Counted from the stretch's first letter, positions 19,707 to 29,868 are shown. The stretch is 64,000 nt of DNA from Phycisphaerae bacterium (GCA_050115495.1 JASFQK010000014.1:1-64000); one strand, 5' to 3'. Numbers and translations: made by a program. The notes: generated by a model not told the origin, from the letters alone.

Positions 19707-21053
19707 ATGGCAGCGCTCGTGACCTACGGCGGTGGTCTGCGGCGGATCGAATTCTCGATGACACCGAACGGCCGGCGGCGGGTGATTCGGCTCGGCCGGA
19801 TGAACGCGAAGACGGCGAAGAGCTTCCATGCCCATATCGAGACCATGATCGGCGACCTGCTCGCCAACCGCGCCCACGACGCCGATACCGCGGCGTGGCT
19901 CGGCGGACTCGACGAGGCGGTTCTCCGCAAGCTGCGGGCCGTGGGGCTCGCCGACGGCGTGGGGTTGTCGCGGACCACGCTGGGGGCGTTCCTGGAGCGA
20001 TGCTTCGCCACCATGAGCATGAAGGCATCGACGAAGACGTTCTACGGCCACACCCGCCGCAACCTGGAAGAGCACTTCGGCAAGGCCCGACCGCTGCGGG
20101 AAATCTCGGCGGCCGACGCCGATGCGTGGCGGGCGTGGCTCGTCGAGCATGAGGGGCTTTCGGCCGCCACCGTCGCCCGCCGCGTCATCGCGGCCCGCAC
20201 GATCTGGCGGACAGCGGTTCGCTGGAAGCTTGCCGCAGAGAACCCCTTCGACGGCGTAAAGGGTGGGCACCAGCAGAACGAGAGCCGCAAGCGGTTCATC
20301 CCGCAGGCGGATATCGACCGGCTGCTGGCCGAGACGCCGGACGCTGAATGGCACGTCATCATCGCCCTGGCCCGCTACGGCGGTCTGCGGACGCCAAGCG
20401 AGACGTTCGCCCTGCGCTGGGGGGATATCAACTGGGAGCGGGCGACCGTGCACGTGACCTGCCCGAAGCTCGCCCACCGGGAGAACCACGCTTCGCGCAT
20501 CATCCCGCTGTTCCCGGAGTTGCGGGAGCCGCTGCTGGCGCTGTTCGACGAGGCCGAGCCGGGGACGGAGTACGTCATCGTCCGCAACCGGCTGGGGTGT
20601 GCCAACCTGCGGACGCAATTCGAGCGGATCATCAAGCGGGCGGGGCTGACCGCGTGGCCCCGGCTGTTCCACAACCTGCGGGCGAGCCGGGAGAGCGAGC
20701 TTATGCGGGAGTACGATCTGGCGACGGTCTGCCGCTGGATCGGCAACTCGCCGGCGGTGGCGGCCCAGCATTACGCCACGAGCATCGACCTGGACGCGGA
20801 CTTCCGCCGGGCGGCCGGACTGGAGCCGGCGGAGGCGCAGCAGAAAGCGCAGCAAAAGGCGCAGCAGCCACGATCCGCCGGGAGTTTTCAGGACGAGCCA
20901 GAAGAGCCGGCGGAGTGCAGCAACCCCAGTGAAAACGGTGCTTCTGGCGCCCCCTGTCCAGTAATGGCTATTTCGGACAAAGATATCGGATGGGCGGCAC
21001 AGGACTCGAACCTGCGACCTTCTCGGTGTAAGCGAGACGCTCTAGCCAATTGA
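19707..21053 (+). CDS. int: Tyrosine recombinase/integrase; reading frame runs through the att site and antisense into the tRNA
   Basis: Catalytic motifs GGLRTPSE (R), FHNLR (HxxR), WIGNS and QHY (Y); adjacent to the tRNA att site. Confidence 0.92.
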   Translation: MAALVTYGGGLRRIEFSMTPNGRRRVIRLGRMNAKTAKSFHAHIETMIGDLLANRAHDADTAAWLGGLDEAVLRKLRAVGLADGVGLSRTTLGAFLERCFATMSMKASTKTFYGHTRRNLEEHFGKARPLREISAADADAWRAWLVEHEGLSAATVARRVIAARTIWRTAVRWKLAAENPFDGVKGGHQQNESRKRFIPQADIDRLLAETPDAEWHVIIALARYGGLRTPSETFALRWGDINWERATVHVTCPKLAHRENHASRIIPLFPELREPLLALFDEAEPGTEYVIVRNRLGCANLRTQFERIIKRAGLTAWPRLFHNLRASRESELMREYDLATVCRWIGNSPAVAAQHYATSIDLDADFRRAAGLEPAEAQQKAQQKAQQPRSAGSFQDEPEEPAECSNPSENGASGAPCPVMAISDKDIGWAAQDSNLRPSRCKRDALAN

Positions 21054-21064
21054 GCTAGCCGCCC
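20991..21064 (-). tRNA. tRNA-Val (anticodon TAC), CCA not encoded
   Basis: Reverse complement GGGCGGCTAGCTCAATTGGCTAGAGCGTCTCGCTTACACCGAGAAGGTCGCAGGTTCGAGTCCTGTGCCGCCCA folds as a cloverleaf with anticodon arm TCTCG-CTTACAC-CGAGA. Confidence 0.95.
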
Positions 21065-21541
21065 AAACCGCCGACGAGCAGCGGCCTCGCCAGCGTATGC
21101 ATCATACGCGCCTGTCGGCGTCGGGAAAACCGCCGACGAGCATTCCCAACCGCCTTATCGGCCGCCCGCCCGGCCCGCAGCACACAACCGTAACTCCCGC
21201 CCCATAACAGCTTTCCGGACGTTCAGCCCCTTCATTTTTGTCAACTCGGACGCCCAAACACGTCCTATTCCAGGAACTTCGCGTTACCTCTCCCGATTTC
21301 CCACAATGCATTTGAATTCGCCCCATCCCTGGCCTATGACTTCTGTGAGAGACGGTTGTTGCAGTCCGCCAGATGGGACCCGTGCATTCGTGTTGCCGGG
21401 CGCCGAACGTCTCCCTTCCTGGCGGCGAACCGATTCCATCACTTGAGGGTGCGCCTACCCGGTGTCCGCAGTGATCGCCGCACGCGGACCGGGCCCGGGG
21501 AACGTGCACGCTCGCAGACGGACGGGCAGAGGAGCCAAAGT

Positions 21542-22309
21542 ATGCGTAGTCTGATCACTACTATCGCGATTCTCCTGACGTGTTCCGTGGCGGCGCAGGC
21601 TGATCTTCTCTGGGACAACTACTTACCCGGCGGCCAAAGCTACCTGGGTGAGGAAGGTCCCGGCTTCGACGGCCTGAGTGTCAAGAGTTCTGAGCGCAAC
21701 ACGCGCATTGACGACTCCTGGACCGGCGACGACGCCTTCTTCACCGACATGGTCGAGCTCCAACAGATCAAGTGGATCGGTGCTCTCGCCGCCGAGGCCG
21801 GCTCAGAGTTCACCGCCGCCGACGTGATCATTTTCGAGGCCCCCGGCCAGTTCCCGATCGACCCCGACAATCTCGGCAGCCTGATCAAGTACCAGGCGTC
21901 GAACCTGCCCGTGAACATGGACATGGGCGTCTGGGAGCAGTTCGACGGCAACTGGCGGCACATGTACGAGGGCGCGGTCGACGTGCCGGACGTCCAGCTC
22001 GAGGCCGGCCATTACTTCATCGCCGTGCGCCTGGTCGGCAACTACTACGGCCAGAACTACATCGCCACTACCGGCAACGGCTCGACGCACTCCGAGTTTT
22101 ACCCGGACACGCCGACCGACTCGATGGGCGTGTTCCAGAGCTACTCGTTCCTGTACCCGCCCTACGAGCCGCAGTGGGTGTTGGTCGACGAGGTGCCCGG
22201 CACGGCGCCCAGCGACTACGCCTATCAGATTTACGGCAACATCGTCCCCGAGCCGGCCAGCATCGGCCTGTTGGCCCTGGGTCTCGTGGCCCTGCTCCGG
22301 CGACGCTAG
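21542..22309 (+). CDS. PEP-CTERM sorting domain protein
   Basis: AGGAG RBS, signal peptide MRSLITTIAILLTCSVAAQA, C-terminal VPEPASIGLLALGLVALLRRR. Confidence 0.92.
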   Translation: MRSLITTIAILLTCSVAAQADLLWDNYLPGGQSYLGEEGPGFDGLSVKSSERNTRIDDSWTGDDAFFTDMVELQQIKWIGALAAEAGSEFTAADVIIFEAPGQFPIDPDNLGSLIKYQASNLPVNMDMGVWEQFDGNWRHMYEGAVDVPDVQLEAGHYFIAVRLVGNYYGQNYIATTGNGSTHSEFYPDTPTDSMGVFQSYSFLYPPYEPQWVLVDEVPGTAPSDYAYQIYGNIVPEPASIGLLALGLVALLRRR

Positions 22310-22356
22310 GACTTCCCCTCCCGCCGCGAGGCGAATTCTTGAACTACGCGGGAAGC

Positions 22357-22390
22357 GCGGGCCGGTCGAAAGACCGGCCCGTCTTTTTTT
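22357..22390 (+). terminator. Intrinsic terminator
   Basis: GCGGGCCGGTC-GAAA-GACCGGCCCGT followed by a T-run. Confidence 0.8.
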
Positions 22391-22687
22391 CCTGCCGTCC
22401 GCCGCCCCGAGCGGCAGCGACGGCTCTTTCCTCTGCCTACTCACCATTCGCCCACCAGCGCGTAGGGCGGGTTCGGCCCGCCGATCGTGTTACGCGCAAA
22501 CTCACCGATCTTCCATAGTGCCGCCACACCGGAGAGCTCGGCGGGTGAGACCCGCCCTACACTCCCGCCGTCGCCGGGTCTTCTGCGCGTTCGGCCGACT
22601 GGATCAGGCATCTGGGAGGCCGAACAATGCCGTGGGTCGCCCGCCACGCCGTGGGCAGGCAGGCCAGCATGTTCCGGGAGGACCGTC

Positions 22688-23569
22688 ATGAGAACCGTCG
22701 TGGTCGCCGTGCTTATCGGACTGCTTGCCGCCGACACCTGTGCCCAGACGCCACCGGCCGCAACACACAAACCCGACCCCGCCCGCCGTGACGTCCAGCC
22801 CGCCCGGACGCCCACGCCGACCACCGCTCCCGCTCGCCCCACCGTCGCCCCCGCGAGACCCGTCCTGCGGTCCGCGGACGCCATCCTGGCCACGCCCCTG
22901 CCCGTCATCGCCTTCGATGAGACCCCCTTCGACGCCGCTCTCGACAAGCTCGCCCGCCTCGCCGACACGAACGTCGTCGTGCGTTGGGCGCTGGTCGAAG
23001 CCGCCGGCGTCGCCCGTGACGCGCCCGTCACGCTCGGCCTGCGCAATGCCAGCTTCGGCCTGACGCTCGAGCTGCTCCTCCAGCAGATCGCCACAGACGA
23101 CGCCCCCCTCGCCTACCGCGCCAGCGACAATCTCATCGTCATCGCGACGGCAGCAGCCTTCGCCGACCAGCTCGTCACCCGCGTCTACGACGTTCGCGAC
23201 CTGATCACCCCCGAGCCGATCGGCGGCAGCATCTTCCTCGGCCGCTACCACGACGTCCCCATCACCACCACGCCCATCGTCGGCCGTGGCGTCGTCGCCC
23301 AGCGCCCCGTCATCGAGACTTACGGCAGCGGTACCTTCCTCCGGCTCAACGAGGACGAGCGCGATCGCCAGGACCGCAACCGCGAGCTCTCCGAGCGCAC
23401 CCTCCGCGAGCTCATCGCCGCCATCACCGGCACGGTCGACCCGGAAACCTGGGACGTCAACGGCGGCCCCGGCTCGATCCGCATCTTCAACGGCCTGCTG
23501 ATCGTGCGCAACTCCCCCCTCGTGCACCAGAAGCTGGCCCACCCTCTGCTGAACCCGCCGCAACCGTAG
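22688..23569 (+). CDS. Secreted protein with secretin-N/STN-like domains
   Basis: Signal peptide; FDETPFDAALDKL..., LVTRVYDVRDL and TVDPETWDVNGGPGSI...LIVRNS..VH motifs. Confidence 0.75.
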   Translation: MRTVVVAVLIGLLAADTCAQTPPAATHKPDPARRDVQPARTPTPTTAPARPTVAPARPVLRSADAILATPLPVIAFDETPFDAALDKLARLADTNVVVRWALVEAAGVARDAPVTLGLRNASFGLTLELLLQQIATDDAPLAYRASDNLIVIATAAAFADQLVTRVYDVRDLITPEPIGGSIFLGRYHDVPITTTPIVGRGVVAQRPVIETYGSGTFLRLNEDERDRQDRNRELSERTLRELIAAITGTVDPETWDVNGGPGSIRIFNGLLIVRNSPLVHQKLAHPLLNPPQP

Positions 23570-23684
23570 GGCCGACACCGCCCGCCGACCGCGTGAACGG
23601 CGGACTCACCAATCGTCCACGGCGGCGCCGCGCCCGACAGACCGGTGCGTGAAGACCGCCCTACAGCCACGGCCGGCCCAGCCC

Positions 23685-25517
23685 TTACGGCTGGATCAGG
23701 TACCCCTCGAACTCGATCTTCGAGCCGCCCTGGTTGGACACTTCGGTGATCATCGTGCCCGGACGGACGAAGAACAGCAAACCGATGATGCTGTCCTCGC
23801 GACGCAGCTCCTGGATGTCGATGTCCTTGAAATCGAGCATGCCCCGGAACGCCGGTGCGTCGATTTCCCCGACCAGGTAGAGCTCGATGTAGTCCTTCCC
23901 GTCGCGCTTCACGATCCCGTAGTAGCCCGCCAGGGGATACTCCGCCCCGTTCCCGTCGCGGGCCTGGTACTGGTTCGTCACGCCGGAGACGAAGTTGAAC
24001 ACTTGCCCGGCGAGCGTCCGGGCCCGCCGCGCCCGGCAGCGCAACTGGAACAGTCGCTGATCCTGCGGGACGGCGATTTCACGGATCGTGCCCGGCCCTA
24101 CGCCGCGCAAGCTATCGACCGGGCCGGCGATGCGCCCCGACTGGAACCGATCGCCGACGAACTCCGCCTCGGCCCCCATCGCCGTGCGGTTCATCGGGAA
24201 CGGCAGTGTGGTCAGCTCGCCGCTGCCCTCGGGGATCACCGCGTCGATGAACCGGCTCCAACCGGTCGCCCGCGGCCTGCCGCCGCGCTCGGCGACGTAG
24301 AGCGTCTCGGACGGCGCCGCCTCGGCTCGGAGGTCCGCCGGCAGCGTCGTCCGGGCGAAGCGCCGGTATTCGACGAAATGCGGCTGGAAGCCCTCGTCCA
24401 CCTCGAAGTACGCGTCGACTTCCGGGTCCTCCGCCGCGGGGATGGCGAAATTATTGTCGATGTCGGCCAGGCGCAGCATGTCGGTGCCCGGGTCCACGCC
24501 ACCGAGAATCAGGGCGTGGTACTGCCGGGGTTCGCCGCGCACCTCACCGACCACGCGGAACATCGTGCTGCGGAAGCGGTGCATCGGCGTCCCGTCCTCC
24601 GCCCGGTCGGCGACGCCCATGTGCAGCTTCAGCCGCATGCCGAGCAATTGACGCTCGCCGGTGTCCTTCCCGCCGACGCGGTCGGTGTTCTCACCGGGCT
24701 CGTAGTCGTACCGGGGGAAGATGCGCTCGGTGTCGCTGTCCAGTTTCTGCTGCCGCGTGGGCAGCTTCCACCGATAGCGGCAGTTGACCGGGTCCTTCTG
24801 CCACCACCACGACGTGATCGTGATGCCCTTGTCGCCCCAGCCGTCGGCCTTGTCGTCGCGGTACGGCGAGATGGCGCTCTCGTCCTGCACCGTGTTGCCG
24901 GTCCAGAAAACCCACTCGGAGTAGTCCGGGTACACGCTGGCGAACGTCGTCTCCCCCTTCAGGCTGCCGTTGCTCAGCAGATTAAACAGACCGATCGTGA
25001 ACTCGTCCGGCCGCAGGAAGAACCCCACGTTGTTCCGTTGGAAGCGGACAAAATGGCCCTCGGCCGGGACCTCGTTCGGCTCGTCGGTCCGCTGGTAGCG
25101 CGAATATCCGGCCACGCGGCTGTCGCCCGACTCGAACGGCCCGCCCCACGGCAGCATCAGGAAGCCCAGCACCAACACGCCCACGGAGATCATGCCGATG
25201 AGGAAGCCGCAGACCGCCCCGCCGACCCAGTCCACGTACATCGGCAGCCGCACGTTGCCACGCAGCAGGTTGTCCGCCGCCAGCCGCAGCACCGTGTGCG
25301 TCACGGCGAAGAGCAGCACGAAACACACCGGCAGCGTGTACGAGGGCGCCAGCCCCTGCTGCGTCGCCAGGTCGTTCACCTGGTCAACCAGGCCGAACGC
25401 CACGACCATGGCGCTCACGCAGCAGAGCAGGTCGATCAGCCCGCTGAACAGCCCGAAGATCGAGTGCATGAAGGTGATGCCCAGGACGAGCAGCACCACG
25501 AAGATACTCAGGGCCAT
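23685..25517 (-). CDS. CvpA-family membrane protein with a large extracytoplasmic C-terminal region
   Basis: N-terminal four-TM CvpA-like pattern (GLFSGLI...VAFG...DWVGGAVCG) followed by ~480 aa of soluble sequence. Confidence 0.75.
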   Translation of the reverse strand: MALSIFVVLLVLGITFMHSIFGLFSGLIDLLCCVSAMVVAFGLVDQVNDLATQQGLAPSYTLPVCFVLLFAVTHTVLRLAADNLLRGNVRLPMYVDWVGGAVCGFLIGMISVGVLVLGFLMLPWGGPFESGDSRVAGYSRYQRTDEPNEVPAEGHFVRFQRNNVGFFLRPDEFTIGLFNLLSNGSLKGETTFASVYPDYSEWVFWTGNTVQDESAISPYRDDKADGWGDKGITITSWWWQKDPVNCRYRWKLPTRQQKLDSDTERIFPRYDYEPGENTDRVGGKDTGERQLLGMRLKLHMGVADRAEDGTPMHRFRSTMFRVVGEVRGEPRQYHALILGGVDPGTDMLRLADIDNNFAIPAAEDPEVDAYFEVDEGFQPHFVEYRRFARTTLPADLRAEAAPSETLYVAERGGRPRATGWSRFIDAVIPEGSGELTTLPFPMNRTAMGAEAEFVGDRFQSGRIAGPVDSLRGVGPGTIREIAVPQDQRLFQLRCRARRARTLAGQVFNFVSGVTNQYQARDGNGAEYPLAGYYGIVKRDGKDYIELYLVGEIDAPAFRGMLDFKDIDIQELRREDSIIGLLFFVRPGTMITEVSNQGGSKIEFEGYLIQP

Positions 25518-25561
25518 GACTCACCTCTGCGTTCGCCCGCCCGGCCGGCCCGGGCCCCGGT

Positions 25562-27259
25562 TTACGCTTTCGCTTTCGGCCGCGGTTGTGGCTTGGCTTC
25601 CGGAGACGGCTGCTTCTGCCCGCGGATCACGCGGACGACTTCCTGAATGCTCGTGGTCCCGTCGAGAACCTTCTGCAGGGCCTGCGTCTGGATGCCCAGC
25701 CCGCCGCGCTTCATCGCAAAGGTCTGCACCTCGCTCAGCGACGACGCTGACCGGATCACCTCGCGCAGCTCCGCATCCACCATCAGCACGTCGAACACGC
25801 CCACCCGGCCCACGTACCCCGTGCCCTGGCACGCCTGGCAGATGATCGGGTTGCCGTGCTTGTCGTATTCCGGCGCCGGCTGACGATGCAGCACCGTATC
25901 CGCCGGCATGTTCAGCTTCTTCAGCATCGCTGCTTCGGGCTTGTACGGCTGCTTGCACTCGCCGCACAGCCGGCGCACCAGCCGCTGGCTGGTGACCATC
26001 CACAGCGCCTTCGCCACGGCCCCCTTGTCGCCGACCAGGGCGATCCACTTTCGCAGGGCGTCGAAGACGTCCTCGGCCACCAGGCCGACGTACATACGGA
26101 TCTTCTCGCCGCCGCCCTTGCAGATCACCGCTGCCGCCTCGCGCTCGCGCACCTCGGGGAAGACCAGGATATCCGGGTCGCTCCGGACCATGCGCTGCAC
26201 TTCCTCGGTGAAGGTCCGCTCGCCCTCCGGCGCAAACGCCTTCTGCGTCACGTTGTTGACGTCGATCTCGTGATCGTACTCGAGCATCTGGATGTTCTGG
26301 AGGAAAGCGTCGTGCGTCCGGACGAAGCTGTAGACCGTCGTGGTCAGCCCGGCGCCCCGCGGAGCGCTCAACAGCACCACGCCCTTTTCCCGCTGCATCA
26401 CCGCCGGCAAGGCCGCCAGTTGCTTCTCGGTGAAGCCCAGGTTCTCCGTCTTGCCGGTGTTCTCCAGGCCGAGCACCCGCACCCGCAGCGTCTCGCCGGC
26501 GGTCGAGCCCGCCGTTTCCACCACCAGGTCGTAGCGGTTCTCGCCGATGGCCGCCAGAATCCGCCCACGCTGCGGCTTGCGCCGCTCCTCCGGGTTGAGG
26601 TTCGTAATGCCCTTGAGGAAGGCGATCGTTGCGTCACCTTCCGGACGGGTCAGCGGCTCACGCTCCTTGGTGATCCCGTCGATCTCGTAGGTGATCTTGG
26701 TGCCCTGGCCGGCCGGCGTCACGTTGACCAGCGTCGCCCGCTGCCAGAGCAAGTCGAAAACCAGGTCTTGCGTCAGCCGGTATTGCTCACGCTCCTCTTC
26801 TTCCTCGGGAATTGGCACCACCTTGCGGTTCGCTCCCGTCAGCCGCACCCGCTCCTTGACTTCCTTGACCTGTTTCTTCTTCTTGCCGAACAGCCCCTCC
26901 GCCTGCATCCGGCGGATGTGCGCCATCGTGCAGACCGTGTCCTCCGGGTTGACCAGGCCGTTCCGGTGCAACACGTAGGCGATCATCACGCCCAGCACCA
27001 GCCCGATCATCACCAGGAACCCGATCAGGAAGTTCGTGACCAGGAACCCGACGAACAGCCCCGCCGTCCCGCCGGCCATCACCACCAGGTTCCACAGCTC
27101 CCGGTAGGTGTTGACCGCGATCGTGTCCTTGTCCACCCACTGGGCGTAGAGCGTCCAGATCACGAAGACGGCGACCAGCCCGACCAGCTTCAACGGGTTG
27201 AAATACACCTCGCCCTGTGGAAGCTGTGCGAGCAGATCCAGATACGCGACCACTGCCAT
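25562..27259 (-). CDS. GspE/PilB-like ATPase-fold protein with N-terminal TM helices and a degenerate Walker A
   Basis: ERRKPQRG, RSDPDIL, SQRLVRRLCGEC...CQACQGTGYVGRVGVFD and GTTSIQEVVRV; Walker A reads APRGAGLTTT. Confidence 0.85.
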   Translation of the reverse strand: MAVVAYLDLLAQLPQGEVYFNPLKLVGLVAVFVIWTLYAQWVDKDTIAVNTYRELWNLVVMAGGTAGLFVGFLVTNFLIGFLVMIGLVLGVMIAYVLHRNGLVNPEDTVCTMAHIRRMQAEGLFGKKKKQVKEVKERVRLTGANRKVVPIPEEEEEREQYRLTQDLVFDLLWQRATLVNVTPAGQGTKITYEIDGITKEREPLTRPEGDATIAFLKGITNLNPEERRKPQRGRILAAIGENRYDLVVETAGSTAGETLRVRVLGLENTGKTENLGFTEKQLAALPAVMQREKGVVLLSAPRGAGLTTTVYSFVRTHDAFLQNIQMLEYDHEIDVNNVTQKAFAPEGERTFTEEVQRMVRSDPDILVFPEVREREAAAVICKGGGEKIRMYVGLVAEDVFDALRKWIALVGDKGAVAKALWMVTSQRLVRRLCGECKQPYKPEAAMLKKLNMPADTVLHRQPAPEYDKHGNPIICQACQGTGYVGRVGVFDVLMVDAELREVIRSASSLSEVQTFAMKRGGLGIQTQALQKVLDGTTSIQEVVRVIRGQKQPSPEAKPQPRPKAKA

Positions 27260-27296
27260 GACCGCTCCTGCTGCCGGTTGTCCGCCGCGGCCCCGG

Positions 27297-28451
27297 CTAA
27301 CCGAGGATGCCGTGCCCCGCGGACTTGATACCCTTCAGCGCCATTCGCAGCTCGTCCGCGTTCGGCGCCGCCTCGTACGCGGTCGGGTGATCGATGTGGC
27401 CTCGTTCGACCATCCGCCGCAGGTGTTCCGTGAAGTCCACCATCCCATCGTCGTACGAAGCCCGGATCACGTCAATAATCTCGTTGTCCCGTTCCTCCCG
27501 CACCAGCTTCCGGATCGACGGGTTCGAGATCATGATCTCCACCGCCGGCATGACCGGCACGTCCGGCAGCACGCTCGGGATCAGCTTCTGGCAGATGATG
27601 GCCCGCAGGTTGAACTCCAGCGACTGACGCACCAGCCGCCGCGAGCCCTCCGGGAACAGGTCCAGCAGACGCGAGATCGTCTGTGACGCGCTCGAGGCGT
27701 GGATCGTCCCGAACACCAGGTGGCCCGTTTCCGCGGCGTGCAGGCCGGCCTGGAACGTGTCGATGTCACGCATCTCGCCGATCAGCACCACGTCCGGATC
27801 TTCACGCATCAGGTACTTCAGCGCCTGATGGAAATCCGCCACGTCGATCCCGATCTCCCGCTGATTGATGCACGCCTTGTCGTCGCTGAACAGGTACTCG
27901 ATCGGGTCCTCGATCGTCACGATGTGCACGGGGAACCGCTGGTTGATGTAGTTGATCATCGCCGCGATCGTCGTGCTCTTGCCCGAACCGGTGATACCGG
28001 CCAGCAGCACCAGACCCTGGTTCATCTCGGCGATCCGCGCCATCGACTGCGGCAGGTACAGGTCCTCGAAGTTGCGCACGTCGCGCGACACCCGCCGGGC
28101 CGCCACCGACATCTGCCCCCGCTGCTGGAAGGCGTTCACGCGGAACCGGTCGGCGTCGCCCGGCGGCCCCACGTCGTAGGCGAAGTCGACCGCCCCGTGG
28201 TCGTCGTAGTACGCCTGCTGTTTCTCCGAGAGCAGCTCGAAGATCCCGTCGTGGATCTGATCCGCCGTCAGCGGACCGCCCGTCAGGGCCCGCAGGTCGC
28301 CCTTGACCCGCACGCGGGCGGGCGCGCCGGCCTTCAGATGAAGGTCCGAGACCTTCATCTTGATCGTTACCTTGAAGTACTTGTTAAGGGCCGGTTCCCT
28401 GGCTTTCCCGTCACCCTGGGAGGGCGTCTCCTCGATCAGTTCATCCGCCAT
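27297..28451 (-). CDS. pilT: PilT/PilU family pilus-retraction ATPase
   Basis: SDLHLK, GITGSGKSTT, TIEDPIE, QREIG, REDPDVVLIGEMRD, AAETGHLVFGTIH. Confidence 0.92.
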   Translation of the reverse strand: MADELIEETPSQGDGKAREPALNKYFKVTIKMKVSDLHLKAGAPARVRVKGDLRALTGGPLTADQIHDGIFELLSEKQQAYYDDHGAVDFAYDVGPPGDADRFRVNAFQQRGQMSVAARRVSRDVRNFEDLYLPQSMARIAEMNQGLVLLAGITGSGKSTTIAAMINYINQRFPVHIVTIEDPIEYLFSDDKACINQREIGIDVADFHQALKYLMREDPDVVLIGEMRDIDTFQAGLHAAETGHLVFGTIHASSASQTISRLLDLFPEGSRRLVRQSLEFNLRAIICQKLIPSVLPDVPVMPAVEIMISNPSIRKLVREERDNEIIDVIRASYDDGMVDFTEHLRRMVERGHIDHPTAYEAAPNADELRMALKGIKSAGHGILG

Positions 28452-28971
28452 CGCCTGGCCTACCTCCGCACTGCGTATAGAGCTCCGCCGCTGAGCGTCG
28501 CGCCAGTCTACCCAGCCAGCGCCCCAGCTCCCCCGTCTGCGCCCTCACGATTCGGGGACCGTCTGACCGCGGGTGCCGCCTGCGCGACCCGCCACCGGCG
28601 AGCACGCGGAACAGCATAGACGTTGCAGTATACACCCACCCACCAGCAGCATCCAGCACCCCCGCCCCCTTTCACCGCCCCGCTCACCTCAGTCCGAGCC
28701 CCGAGCGGTAGCGAGCGGGTCACTCCGGCCACGGCGCGTCGTTGCGCAACGGACCTCTCCCTACCGGTCGTGGCTCGGACAGACCGTCCATCTGCGTCAA
28801 TCCGAGCCCCGAGCGGCAGCGAGCGGGCCCTCCCCCGCAACGCCCCGGTCTGCGCAGACCGCCCCCGGCGCCCAATCTGAAATCTCAAATCTGTAATCTC
28901 AAATCCCCCGCCCCCCACCCAAGCCGCGTCTCCGGCTCAAAGCTCACGGCTCAGGGCTCAAGGCTTCCTGC

Positions 28972-29682
28972 TTACGCATGCGGCCGCCCGTGCATCGGTG
29001 CGAAAAACGCATACCCCGCGTTCGGAACCGCCTGGATGCAGCCCCCCGCCGGCCCCATCTTCCGTCGCAGCACGCCTATCGGTCCTTCCAGGGCGTCCTC
29101 CGGCGGCCGGCGTTCCTTCCCAAACACCAGTGCCGCCAGTTGCTGCTGTCCGAACACTTGCCCCTGAGCCGCCATCAGCGTCGCCAGGATCTTGTACTCG
29201 GTGCTCGTCAGCGAGACCGGGATCCCGTCCACCAGCACGCGCGGCTGTGTGCGGTCCAGCTCGACCATCCGCGGCAGCGGCTCTTCCTCGACCTCCTCGG
29301 CCCGCTCCCGCCGGCGGAGGTTCGCCTCGATCCGCGCCAGCAGCAGCCTTCCCGAGAACGGCTTGCTGACGTAGTCGTCCGCCCCGAGCGCGAGCCCCAC
29401 CAACTCGTCGCTCTCCTCCGCCTTGCCGGTCAGCATGATGACCGGGATGTTCTGCGTCCGCGGGTCCGAGCGCAGTTGCCGGAGCACATCGTCCCCCGAG
29501 ATCCCCGGCAGCACGCGATCCAGAAGAATCAAATCCGGCGTGTGCATGCGCACTTCCTGAAGCGCCGACTCGCCGTTCCCCACGCGCTCACACCAGTACC
29601 CCTCGTTTTCGAGGTGTTGCTCGATGACGCGGGCTACCCCGTCGTCATCCTCGACAACGAGAATGAATCTCCGTGTGGACAT
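28972..29682 (-). CDS. OmpR/PhoB-family response regulator
   Basis: ILVVEDD, PDLILLD, IPVIMLTGK, GADDYVSKPF and a winged-helix region (LTSTEYKIL). Confidence 0.9.
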   Translation of the reverse strand: MSTRRFILVVEDDDGVARVIEQHLENEGYWCERVGNGESALQEVRMHTPDLILLDRVLPGISGDDVLRQLRSDPRTQNIPVIMLTGKAEESDELVGLALGADDYVSKPFSGRLLLARIEANLRRRERAEEVEEEPLPRMVELDRTQPRVLVDGIPVSLTSTEYKILATLMAAQGQVFGQQQLAALVFGKERRPPEDALEGPIGVLRRKMGPAGGCIQAVPNAGYAFFAPMHGRPHA

Positions 29683-29868
29683 TATGGCACTCCTGAACCA
29701 CGCTCAGGACGGACCAACCGGCGGCAGCAGTCGCAAGAAGGTTCGCTCGCGATAAGGGCCCGACACTTCCATTATCGGTTCGCGGACCGCCGACGGCAAA
29801 CTCTTTGCCAGCGGCTTCCTGCGTCCCCCGTCGGTCCGACAGACTGCGTTGTGGTACACTGCGAGACT

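Larger units (their letters stand above)
8726..21011. mobile_element. tRNA-Val-integrated, satellite (PICI/P4)-like integrative element, ~12.3 kb
   Basis: Bounded by 21-bp direct repeats. Contains integrase, AlpA, primase-helicase, HTH and cargo; no capsid, tail or conjugation genes. Confidence 0.88.

Noticed and set aside
23649..27328. Long plus-strand ORFs (665 aa, 490 aa) and similar shadow ORFs elsewhere
   Set aside because: Antisense shadows of real high-GC genes; Arg/Pro/Ala-rich with no recognisable motifs.
28978..29868. 297-aa N-terminal extension of the ABC-F ORF (940 aa in the ORF track)
   Set aside because: It overlaps the antisense response regulator gene; ABC homology starts at ATG 29869.
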